Below are positions 1 to 7,624 of a stretch of DNA of 64,000 nt, one piece after another. The notes under the pieces are model-generated. The model was not told the origin of the DNA and made no database searches. It saw only the letters and a list, made by a program, of their open reading frames with translations. Location: positions 4,843 through 68,842 of the forward strand of contig JALUUW010000003.1 in assembly GCA_027021195.1 (NCBI GenBank), written 5' to 3'. Numbering within the stretch: position 1 is the first letter of the stretch; each line of letters opens with the position of its first letter. Origin of the DNA: Candidatus Pacearchaeota archaeon (GTDB lineage: Archaea; Nanobdellota; Nanobdellia; Pacearchaeales; GW2011-AR1). The position numbers were made by a program, and so were the translations under genes.

Positions 1-47
1 CTGAAACTATTGAACCTGGGAAGATAGAAATCGCTATCTTTAATGAT

Positions 48-587
48 TTGAAAGAGTTTACAAAAAAATATGAATTTGAAAATAATAAATCTCTTCCTTT
101 TTTTGTTGTAGGATTTGCTGGAAAGAACGGCAGAATTTTTATCTTGGATAAAAAACTTTTTCCAAAACAAGGACACAGAGAAGAAGAATTTGAAAGAGTC
201 GTTGTTCATGAATTATGCCATGTATTTATCAGGAGAATGCTACACCCCAAACATACTTTCATTTGGATAGAGGAAGGGCTATGTGAATTTTTGTCTTTTG
301 GAGATTATCCTTTAAAAATAAAAAAAATAGTGGATTTTAGAGAGATTGAAACTTCTGAAGGATGGAGAAAGCATAATGCCTATCAACAAGCAAAAGGTTT
401 TTTTAAATATTTATCTAAAAATTATGGGGATAAAAAAATAGTGGAATTTATTAAAAAAATTAAAGTTACTTCTGAGAGAAAGGCATTTAAAGAGGTGTTT
501 GGAAAAGAAATAAATGAAATCCAAGAAAAGTTCTTTAACACCTTGAAAAATGAAAAAACTCTATCATCCGGGAATTCCTTGCAATGA
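48..587 (+). CDS. Putative Zn-dependent peptidase-like protein (HExxH...E motif: VVVHELCHVF...EEG). It may begin upstream of the window.
   Basis: ORF-track translation contains HELCH with a downstream Glu (gluzincin-like pattern). It overlaps the start of the downstream rSAM gene by 38 nt, which is operon-like. Confidence 0.4.
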   Translation: MKEFTKKYEFENNKSLPFFVVGFAGKNGRIFILDKKLFPKQGHREEEFERVVVHELCHVFIRRMLHPKHTFIWIEEGLCEFLSFGDYPLKIKKIVDFREIETSEGWRKHNAYQQAKGFFKYLSKNYGDKKIVEFIKKIKVTSERKAFKEVFGKEINEIQEKFFNTLKNEKTLSSGNSLQ

Positions 588-1716
588 GAATATAGTTCAA
601 AAAGATTTAGAAAAGAGTCTTATTAATTTTAGAAATAAGCGTATAGAGATTGTTGAATGTAATGAAGGGTTTGGAGTTTTTGATAAAGACTGGTTTTGGG
701 CAACAAAAGAAGAGTTAGATTCTCTTAAGAAATGCCCAGATATCTCAATAAGGTATTTTTTAGATAATGAAAAGTTCAATCATGAAGGATGGTTTTTTTA
801 TAACCCAATAGAACTTGGTATAGAATTAACAAGAGAATGTAATCAGCTGTGTATTCATTGTTGGAATGAATCTTCTTCAAGGGATACTAAAATGCCTTTG
901 AAGAAGGCAAAAGAAATTATTCAGGAATTTAGAAAAGGAGGAGGACAGAAAATAAAGATATCTGGTGGAGAACCATTATCATATTCTTCTTTAGATGAAT
1001 TTTTATTTTTTTCAAAAGAAGTTGGGATAAAAAAAGTAGATATGACATCTAATGGAGTGTTAATGAATAGGGAAAAAGCAAAATTTTTATCTACTCATCT
1101 AACAAATATATGTATAAGTATTCATGGTTCTAAATCAGATATACATGACGATATAACTTACAATAAAGGAAGTTTTGTAAAATCTATTAAAGCAATAGAG
1201 CATCTTCAGGAAGAAGGGTTAAACCCCATAATTAATTATACTGTTATGCAGAAAAACAAAAAGGACATTGCAGACATGATTGAATTAGGGAAAATTCTTA
1301 ATGTTAACGGGATAAAATTCAGTTGTTTAAAAAAGATTGGAAGAGCGAGAAATTTAGAGGTAATTTCTAAAGAAGAGGTAAATACATTAAGAAATTTAAT
1401 ATATACTAAATCGAAAGAGCTTGGAATTGAGTTAGAGAAGAGTGAATTGTATCCTGCAGGATATGTTCAAGGCATTAGTCAATCAAAATTTTATGGATGT
1501 AATGGATTAAGAACCCAACTATATATCTCTTCAGAAGGCAACGTTTACCCATGTAGTTTAATAAATGAAAGTATTGGAAACATTTACCAAGATTCTTTAT
1601 TTAATTTATGGAGAAGTAAAAAAGCTCAGGAATTTAGAAGATTGGATAATTGTATTAAAAATGATTGCAAAATAATTAGGGATTGTGGGAGAAAGTGTAG
1701 GGCAAGTTTGAAGTAA
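550..1716 (+). CDS. Radical SAM enzyme with C-terminal SPASM-like Cys-rich domain and ~90-aa N-terminal extension
   Basis: CNQLCIHC (CX3CX2C) radical-SAM cluster motif. A GGEP-type SAM-binding segment is present (ISGGEPL). The C-terminus has multiple Cys (CNG...CSL...CIKNDCKIIRDCGRKC), typical of SPASM auxiliary-cluster domains. Confidence 0.8.
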   Translation: MKKLYHPGIPCNENIVQKDLEKSLINFRNKRIEIVECNEGFGVFDKDWFWATKEELDSLKKCPDISIRYFLDNEKFNHEGWFFYNPIELGIELTRECNQLCIHCWNESSSRDTKMPLKKAKEIIQEFRKGGGQKIKISGGEPLSYSSLDEFLFFSKEVGIKKVDMTSNGVLMNREKAKFLSTHLTNICISIHGSKSDIHDDITYNKGSFVKSIKAIEHLQEEGLNPIINYTVMQKNKKDIADMIELGKILNVNGIKFSCLKKIGRARNLEVISKEEVNTLRNLIYTKSKELGIELEKSELYPAGYVQGISQSKFYGCNGLRTQLYISSEGNVYPCSLINESIGNIYQDSLFNLWRSKKAQEFRRLDNCIKNDCKIIRDCGRKCRASLK

Positions 1717-1793
1717 CGAGGGAGAGTTAAATATAAAATATATTTTGACCATGGAAGAAAAATAGGGTATGGGAAGCTAAAAAAAGAGCAGAT

Positions 1794-2372
1794 ATGGAAG
1801 GTTATGAGAATATAAAATTTGTTAAAGCTGATATCAATTCCTTACCCTTTGACTCAGAAACGTTTGACGTTGTCATAGTAGGAAATGTCTTCTCTTTGAT
1901 AGAAAATAAAAAAATTGCATTAAAGGAATGCATGCGTGTTTCTAAAAAAAATGGATTTATTATTGTAATCCCTATGTATTACATAAAAGAACCTTCGAAG
2001 GAACTTATAAAGAGAGTTTCCAAAGCCCTTAAAGTCGACATTGCTCCTATGTATCGATCAGATTGGATAAATTTCTTCTCAATATCTGGATTAGAAATAT
2101 ATTGGTCAAAAGATTTCAAATTTGACCACATAGACAATAAAAAAATAATTTCCTTTTGTGAGGAGATTTTTAATAAAGAACATTTACGAAACTTGACTAA
2201 ATCGGCATATGAGAAACTATTTGAAGTTTATCAGAAATTTATGTTTCTATTTCGCGATAATTTATCTCATATGGGATATATCATACTTATTTTATCTAAA
2301 AGAAAGTTGTGGGAAGATCCAGAACTCTTTACATCCAGAGAAAATATCTCCCTTGGAAACTTTAGTCAATAG
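1794..2372 (+). pseudogene. Class I SAM-dependent methyltransferase fragment lacking the N-terminal SAM-binding motif I (likely truncated or remnant)
   Basis: The translation starts inside the MTase fold (NIKFVKADINSLPFDSETFDVVIVGNVF = post-motif II/III region). Upstream in frame there is a stop at 1746–1748, no ATG and no GxGxG motif. Only 78 nt separate it from the upstream gene. Confidence 0.4.
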
Positions 2373-2390
2373 AATAAAATATGGTAATTC

Positions 2391-3416
2391 TTATTTGATT
2401 CCTTTTTCTAAGAACTCAAAATTGTTTGTTTCTGAGTCAATTACAACTTTTGTACCAATAGGGATAGTTAGCTGAGGATCGGTATGACCTATATCCACTC
2501 CAAACAAAATGGGAAAATTATATTCTTTTGTTCTCTCCAGTAACTTCTTTTTTAGCATTTCTATATCTTCTTCATTATATCTAAAAGGTCTGCCAAAAAT
2601 TAGCCCTCTGATTTGTTTAAATACTCCTAAAATGTTTAACTGCTCCAGATACCAGTCAACATAAGGAAGGGGTTCCCCTTCATCAAATGTCTGACCTTCT
2701 GGCAATTCTAAAAATAGAATCTTATCTGTATGATCTGGCCAGTATTTTGTACCTGGCAAATGGACTATTGATGTGAGACATCCTCCTATAATTTTACCTT
2801 CTGCTTTTCCTCCTCGCAACCATTCAAAACCTTTATTTTCTTTCAATTTTCTTGGCCTTGTAAGATCCAACTTTTTACTCCAATCTAAGAATTCATCAGT
2901 CCAGCTTTCAGAAGGAGATACTTTTCCTATGGGTTCATCTGATGCTACTGCCTTATTAAAATAATCTAAAGTATATTTAAGAGGATGAGGGTATTCTCCA
3001 AATTGAGTTATAATACATGGTCCATAAAAAGTTATAAGATTGGATTGCGTATGGAGTGCATAGTGCAAGATAGAGATATCTGAATAACCACAGAATATCT
3101 TTGGATTTTGTTTTATTTTCTCAAAATCTAAATAATTTAGAGTATGGGTTGCTACTGTTCCTCCAATTAAAGATATAATTGCTTTTATATCTTTGTCAAG
3201 AAAAGCGTCCATTATGTCTTTAGCCCTTTCTTCTGCAGGAGCAGATTCCCATCCGTTAACTTTTCTTGCTGTAGGAAACTCTTTAATTTTATAACCCTCA
3301 GATTTTAGAAATTTAACCGCATTGTCAAGTCTATGGGGAAAGTTCAATCCAGACGATGGAGCGATTATTGCTATTGTATCTCCTTTTCCAAGTCGTGGAG
3401 GCTTAATTAGTTCCAT
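2391..3416 (-). CDS. LD-carboxypeptidase (peptidase S66, MccF-like)
   Basis: GDTIAIIAPSS N-terminal motif, GYSDIS Ser-nucleophile motif and a C-terminal His/Glu region. Length and architecture fit the S66 family. Confidence 0.7.
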   Translation of the reverse strand: MELIKPPRLGKGDTIAIIAPSSGLNFPHRLDNAVKFLKSEGYKIKEFPTARKVNGWESAPAEERAKDIMDAFLDKDIKAIISLIGGTVATHTLNYLDFEKIKQNPKIFCGYSDISILHYALHTQSNLITFYGPCIITQFGEYPHPLKYTLDYFNKAVASDEPIGKVSPSESWTDEFLDWSKKLDLTRPRKLKENKGFEWLRGGKAEGKIIGGCLTSIVHLPGTKYWPDHTDKILFLELPEGQTFDEGEPLPYVDWYLEQLNILGVFKQIRGLIFGRPFRYNEEDIEMLKKKLLERTKEYNFPILFGVDIGHTDPQLTIPIGTKVVIDSETNNFEFLEKGIK

Positions 3417-3623
3417 TAATTTTTAACAGAGGTAAAACTTTAAATATTTATTGGATTCCCTCTAACAACCCCTTCATTCAAAATAAAAGAAAAAGCCATT
3501 ACAGATATGACTATGATGCTAATTTGAATTAAGGACAAGCAAACCTTCGGCCCTTTTTTTGGGATGGGTTAATGAAAACAATGGCATTTATTCTTGTTTA
3601 TGGGTATTTACTAAGAATAATGG

Positions 3624-3839
3624 CTAAGGAAAACAGCCTAATTTTTCATGTGCTTTTATTAAAAAATCCCTGAAATCTTTTTTGCTTTCCCATACAGGAT
3701 TTAACTTGTTCCTGATTAAATCAAAATCTATCTTCTTTAATCTTCTAATCTCTGCTAATTCACTTATCATTCTTTCGTACTTTTCTTTTGATATTTTTGC
3801 CATTTCCATAATAGCTAAATGGGGCTGATATTTATACAA
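3624..3839 (-). CDS. Hypothetical small protein (71 aa), last gene of the minus-strand rSAM operon
   Basis: ORF-track ORF, tightly spaced (23 nt) after the upstream gene on the same strand. No recognisable motif. Confidence 0.3.
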   Translation of the reverse strand: MYKYQPHLAIMEMAKISKEKYERMISELAEIRRLKKIDFDLIRNKLNPVWESKKDFRDFLIKAHEKLGCFP

Positions 3840-3862
3840 TTTTCTAAATAAAACAGGGAATC

Positions 3863-4531
3863 TTATATCTTAATTCTTTTAACATATTCTATACATTCAT
3901 TAATTAGAGGAATTATATCTGGATTATGCTTCCACGTTTCCATTACTCTCTTTCTTAATTCTTTATGTTCAGCATAGCCTTTATCTTCAACAAACCATAG
4001 ATCTCTACACTCTAAATTTAAGATTGCAGTTAAAGACTCATTAACATACTCTATTTCTCTAAACCCTAGCTGATTTCTAATTAAAGGCAAATGTGTTTTT
4101 TCCATCTGTAAATGCATTAATTCATGTCCACATGTTCTTAAATTTTGCAACAGAGGTCTTCGAATTGAGACCATGAAAGAATCCTCCTCCACATTATAAG
4201 GACATCTTCCAGCAGTTGTAATATATGCATTAAATTCATTTGAATATATTTTGTGTTTGGTAATTTTTTCTAACCTTTCAAAAAACCTGTTATTTATTTT
4301 TCCCCAAGAGTTCTGCAATGTTTCTAAAAAGATGTCTAAATGGCCTGAAGAATATAATGGTTGAATATACTGTTCAATCTCTTCCCTACATTCTTCAAAT
4401 TTTCTATTTTTCCACCTCTGTAGGACTGACCCTCTTTCTAATTCATTCTCCCATGGATGCTCGTAGTTGCTAGTTTCCCATATATTCCAAAGGTCTTTTT
4501 CCTTATCAAACTTAAAAATTACTTTTGACAT
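3863..4531 (-). CDS. HExxH-motif protein, putative metallopeptidase (222 aa)
   Basis: RTCGHELMHLQ...REIEYVNE gives an HExxH plus downstream Glu. It has the same motif class as ORF 48..587. Confidence 0.4.
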   Translation of the reverse strand: MSKVIFKFDKEKDLWNIWETSNYEHPWENELERGSVLQRWKNRKFEECREEIEQYIQPLYSSGHLDIFLETLQNSWGKINNRFFERLEKITKHKIYSNEFNAYITTAGRCPYNVEEDSFMVSIRRPLLQNLRTCGHELMHLQMEKTHLPLIRNQLGFREIEYVNESLTAILNLECRDLWFVEDKGYAEHKELRKRVMETWKHNPDIIPLINECIEYVKRIKI

Positions 4532-4547
4532 ATTCTTTTTTTGAAGG

Positions 4548-5072
4548 TTAAGCTTTTTGTTTATTTTTTAATAGTAATAAAATAACATTATGTTTATGGG
4601 GGGGCAAATTATCATGCTCTTCAATGGGGGTCTCATACATTCCTTCCTTCATTATTTCCCAATCAGAATATAGGTTTTTTAATTGTTTTAATGAAGGATA
4701 AAACCTATTTTGTGCATTTCTTGCCATAGGGTCTTTATCTGAAAAACAGATGATAAAAGTATGTCCTTGCTCAGAGGTATGTGTTTGTATCTTTTTTAAA
4801 ATATTTTGTGCAGTTACCTTATCTAAAAAATGCAAAACTAACGAAGCAATTATTAAGTCATATTTCTCTTTGAATTCAAAATTTGTTATATCTTCATTAA
4901 AGAATTTAAAATTTTTCTGGGAGATTTCCATAGGTCTTTTATCTACTCCAAGAACTTTTACGCCTTGTTTGGCAAATCTGAGAGATTTATGCCCTTTCCC
5001 ACAACCCAGATCCAAAACATTTTGAGGCTGTAGTTCTTTAAGATATTCTTTGACTTTATCCCTTATTATCAT
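4548..5072 (-). CDS. Class I SAM-dependent methyltransferase
   Basis: Motif I VLDLGCGKG, motif II-like KVLGVD and motif III-like DLIIASLVLHF. Confidence 0.7.
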   Translation of the reverse strand: MIIRDKVKEYLKELQPQNVLDLGCGKGHKSLRFAKQGVKVLGVDKRPMEISQKNFKFFNEDITNFEFKEKYDLIIASLVLHFLDKVTAQNILKKIQTHTSEQGHTFIICFSDKDPMARNAQNRFYPSLKQLKNLYSDWEIMKEGMYETPIEEHDNLPPHKHNVILLLLKNKQKA

Positions 5073-5108
5073 TTATTAATTCTTTAAGTTTATTTTATTT
5101 AATTCTTT

Positions 5109-6170
5109 CTAATCTTGTGAGCTTCCCTGCACATATTCTTTAAAACACATAGGGTCTTTGGCCATATAATCTCCTGTTACTGCATAAGCAATTGCCCTAC
5201 ATCCTCTGCAGTGCACCACTTTATCACAAAGAGTATTCTCCCTCATTTTATTCAAATCTCTTAAATTTTGCATTACCTTGTTCTCTAAAATTAAATTACC
5301 TATTCCGTCACTTATGCGACCTATTTTAATAGGAAGTCTTCTACAAGGATAAACAGTTCCGTCCGATAATATTGAAAGCATTCTAAATCCTGCAGAACAC
5401 CCCCAAAGATATTTATTTTGCTCCTTTGCTGTTTTTATTACTTCGTTTTCTTTTTCCAATATTTGCCAAAGAACATCAGATTGAAGGACATTAATCTTAT
5501 CTCTATATTTTTCATTTAGTCTTTCAGTTTCTTTAACCATCTCGTAGATTTCTTTAGCATTAATAAATTCAGGATCTTTAATTCCTAAGTTTGAATCTGG
5601 ATTATAAGTTTTAAAACCCACTTTTTTAGCTCCTGCTAAAATTGCATTTTGGATAACATCCTCAAACTCTTTTTTATTAGACTGCATAAGAGTCATGGCT
5701 ACTGTAACATTTAAGCCTTCTTTTGAAGCATTTCTTATCCCTTCAATTGCCATATCATATGCAAAATCTTTTCTCCTAATTTTATTATGTGTGCGCTTAG
5801 ATCCATCAAGAGAAACTTGTATTGCTTCAACTTTTTGCTCCAAAAGTTCTCTAGCTTTTTTAGGAGTAATTAATGTGCCATTAGTTAACAAATTTGTTAT
5901 AACTTTTTTCTTACAAGCATATTCTAAAATTTCAAGATGATCTTCCCTCATTAAAGGATCTCCTCCCGAAATTGCGATTCTGGGTATCATCTCCCACCTT
6001 TTTGCTGTCTCTGCTAAATCATCTATCATTGATTTTACTTCATTTAAACTCATTAAATTATCATCTTGGATGTGGTCTACATTCCCTTCGTTGTTATGAT
6101 AACAATGGGAGCATTTAAGATTACAATCATTTGTGGAATCCCCTTGAATATATAAGTGTCTTTTAGCCAT
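5109..6170 (-). CDS. Radical SAM enzyme with C-terminal SPASM-like domain
   Basis: CNLKCSHC (CX3CX2C) near the N-terminus, ISGGDPL SAM-binding segment, and a C-terminal Cys-rich region (CSAG...CRRL...CDKVVHCRGC). Confidence 0.8.
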   Translation of the reverse strand: MAKRHLYIQGDSTNDCNLKCSHCYHNNEGNVDHIQDDNLMSLNEVKSMIDDLAETAKRWEMIPRIAISGGDPLMREDHLEILEYACKKKVITNLLTNGTLITPKKARELLEQKVEAIQVSLDGSKRTHNKIRRKDFAYDMAIEGIRNASKEGLNVTVAMTLMQSNKKEFEDVIQNAILAGAKKVGFKTYNPDSNLGIKDPEFINAKEIYEMVKETERLNEKYRDKINVLQSDVLWQILEKENEVIKTAKEQNKYLWGCSAGFRMLSILSDGTVYPCRRLPIKIGRISDGIGNLILENKVMQNLRDLNKMRENTLCDKVVHCRGCRAIAYAVTGDYMAKDPMCFKEYVQGSSQD

Positions 6171-6212
6171 TACAAATTAAGAGCAGTTTTTCTAAATCTA
6201 TTTGGAATTTTT

Positions 6213-6338
6213 TTATTCTAAAGAATAGACATCATCTGCGTAACATGCATCTGGACCACAAGCATCGCAAGGGTCACAGTGATAACGATCTTTCTCTTGA
6301 GACGCTTTATTAGTTATATAAGAACTAATATCTAACAT
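6213..6338 (-). CDS. Candidate RiPP precursor peptide, 41 aa, MLDISSYITNKASQEKDRYHCDPCDACGPDACYADDVYSLE (not in the supplied ORF track)
   Basis: I translated the minus strand by hand: ATG at 6338, TAA at 6213–6215. It carries 4 Cys in a 12-residue acidic core. It sits 42 nt upstream of, and on the same strand as, the rSAM/SPASM gene 5109..6170. Confidence 0.5.
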   Translation of the reverse strand: MLDISSYITNKASQEKDRYHCDPCDACGPDACYADDVYSLE

Positions 6339-6390
6339 ACCCTTAAGAAAAGCTTGTTCCTCAGCAGTTCTCTCCAGTTTATTTGTTTTT

Positions 6391-6400
6391 GCTATAAAAA
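6391..6400 (-). promoter_or_regulatory. TATA-like box (TTTTTATAGC on the minus strand) ~55 nt upstream of the small Cys-rich ORF
   Basis: AT-rich TTTATA element preceded by a purine-rich BRE-like stretch. Position relative to the ATG is compatible with a short 5' UTR. Confidence 0.25.
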
Positions 6401-6583
6401 GCCAACAACCTTAATATATTTAAATTTTATTGTAATGGATTTATTTTGTAGTGCCTAAGTAACTTAAAAAGTTATTTATTTGCAGATTTTTCAGAAGAAA
6501 CAACCTCAAACTCAGTTGAGCCTATATAATTTCCATCTACATTAAACACTGTTTTGCAAATCCCTAATTGTAATGATTTGTCA

Positions 6584-6615
6584 AAACAAAATCCTCTTCA
6601 TTTACATTTCTTGAA
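6584..6615. repeat. 32-nt exact copy of an internal coding segment of the giant gene 11026..14769 (second copy at 11601..11632)
   Basis: AAACAAAATCCTCTTCATTTACATTTCTTGAA is identical at both loci. At 11601–11632 it encodes NVNEEDFVYT on the minus strand. Confidence 0.8.
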
Positions 6616-6639
6616 AACAAATTGTTTCATTTAATCCAT

Positions 6640-6740
6640 ATACCCCGCAGCTCTGCTGCGGTTGGGAGCTTCACTTCAGAACGAGATGGGGCAGAAGTCA
6701 TGACTCCAGAATTAGCGGATGTGTCTTAACAGGAAGTCTT
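6640..6740. ncRNA. GC-rich structured patch, candidate small RNA (unclassified)
   Basis: Local GC is well above the window average. It contains the perfect hairpin GCAGC-TCT-GCTGC flanked by CCCC...GGGG. No ORF with a start codon spans it. Confidence 0.25.
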
Positions 6741-6801
6741 TCTCCTCTGGAAGAATACGTTCTTCTCTCAAAAACCCTTCCCTATCAGCTATTCTAAGGG
6801 T

Positions 6802-7386
6802 TCACTCAGATGTTCTGCTGATTTCATTCAGATATTCTGCTAATTGCCTCATATCATCAGGCTTCCCCTCTAATTCAGAATAATATTTATTGTCCATTTC
6901 AAAGTAAAACCTATTCACGAAATCAATAGTCTCTTTGTATTTGCTTATGCCTTTTTTCTCAACTAATTTATTAAAGCAGTCAATATATCTCATTAGGGCT
7001 TCAGTCAACTCCCTTGTTTCCTCGCTCTCCTTAAGCAGGGCTTTATCCATATTAGAATATGCTTTATCCAAAAATTCAATTACTTCTTTATAATTCTCAA
7101 CCCCTTTTTTTTCCACCAATTTGTAAAAAGCACACGCATATTCTGTTAAAGCCATAGTCAGGTCCCTGATTTCCGGGTCTTTGATTCTATGTATCTCTTT
7201 CTGGAATCTATCCATATCATCAAGTTCTTTTTCTATTGTCTCTTGGAAAGTTTGGTTTTTTATTTTTGACCGAAAAATGATTCCGTGTTCCACTAGACCT
7301 TTATGGAATCCTCTTAATCCTTTCAATATCTTTTCATTTAATTTAATTTTTTCTGCTTCTATCATTTTAATCTTACATAGTTCCAC
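6802..7386 (-). CDS. Hypothetical helical protein with an internal tandem repeat (~45-aa unit: LT.AL..Y...F.KLVEKKG...YKE.I.F...)
   Basis: Two clearly similar segments in the translation (LTMALTEYACAFYKLVEKKGVENYKEVIEF / LTEALMRYIDCFNKLVEKKGISKYKETIDF). Confidence 0.4.
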   Translation of the reverse strand: MELCKIKMIEAEKIKLNEKILKGLRGFHKGLVEHGIIFRSKIKNQTFQETIEKELDDMDRFQKEIHRIKDPEIRDLTMALTEYACAFYKLVEKKGVENYKEVIEFLDKAYSNMDKALLKESEETRELTEALMRYIDCFNKLVEKKGISKYKETIDFVNRFYFEMDNKYYSELEGKPDDMRQLAEYLNEISRTSE

Positions 7387-7438
7387 CTACCCTTATGCAT
7401 TAATAAAAAAGACAAAAAAAGAAATTATCTTTCAGGTC

Positions 7439-7564
7439 TTATTTCTTTTCAGATCCTTCAGTCATTTCTAAAACCTTCTCATTTGGCATAGAGGTTTCTA
7501 CAAGACCCAAATGGAAATTCTCAAGACCTTCCAACATTTCCCTGTTAAATCCACATAGGGGCAT
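7439..7564 (-). CDS. Small ORF (41 aa, MPLCGFNREMLEGLENFHLGLVETSMPNEKVLEMTEGSEKK) paralogous to residues ~18–40 of the adjacent protein 6802..7386
   Basis: Manual minus-strand translation. LEGLENFHLGLVE resembles LKGLRGFHKGLVE of the neighbouring gene. Confidence 0.25.
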   Translation of the reverse strand: MPLCGFNREMLEGLENFHLGLVETSMPNEKVLEMTEGSEKK

Positions 7565-7624
7565 TTTCTTTTCCTCCTAATTTAGTTAACTATAATATAT
7601 AATTACTTTATATAAACTATTCTA

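Noticed and set aside
3417-3623. Short ORFs (19–29 aa) and a CCTTCGG-T7 element between the S66 peptidase and the rSAM operon as extra precursor or terminator candidates
   Set aside because: The peptides lack Cys or any motif, and the stem is only ~2–3 bp. There is insufficient evidence.
6470-6560. Minus-strand stretch translating to …FNVDGNYIGSTEFE…, weakly reminiscent of the CISLGDCG..NYIGEG C-terminal block of the Cys-rich giants
   Set aside because: The similarity is limited to ~4 residues. There is no start codon. Its order relative to the 32-nt repeat is inverted compared with the parent gene. I cannot support homology by eye.
6584-6615. Interpreting the 32-nt duplicate as a CRISPR spacer
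   Set aside because: No direct repeats flank it. No array or cas genes are visible anywhere in the window.
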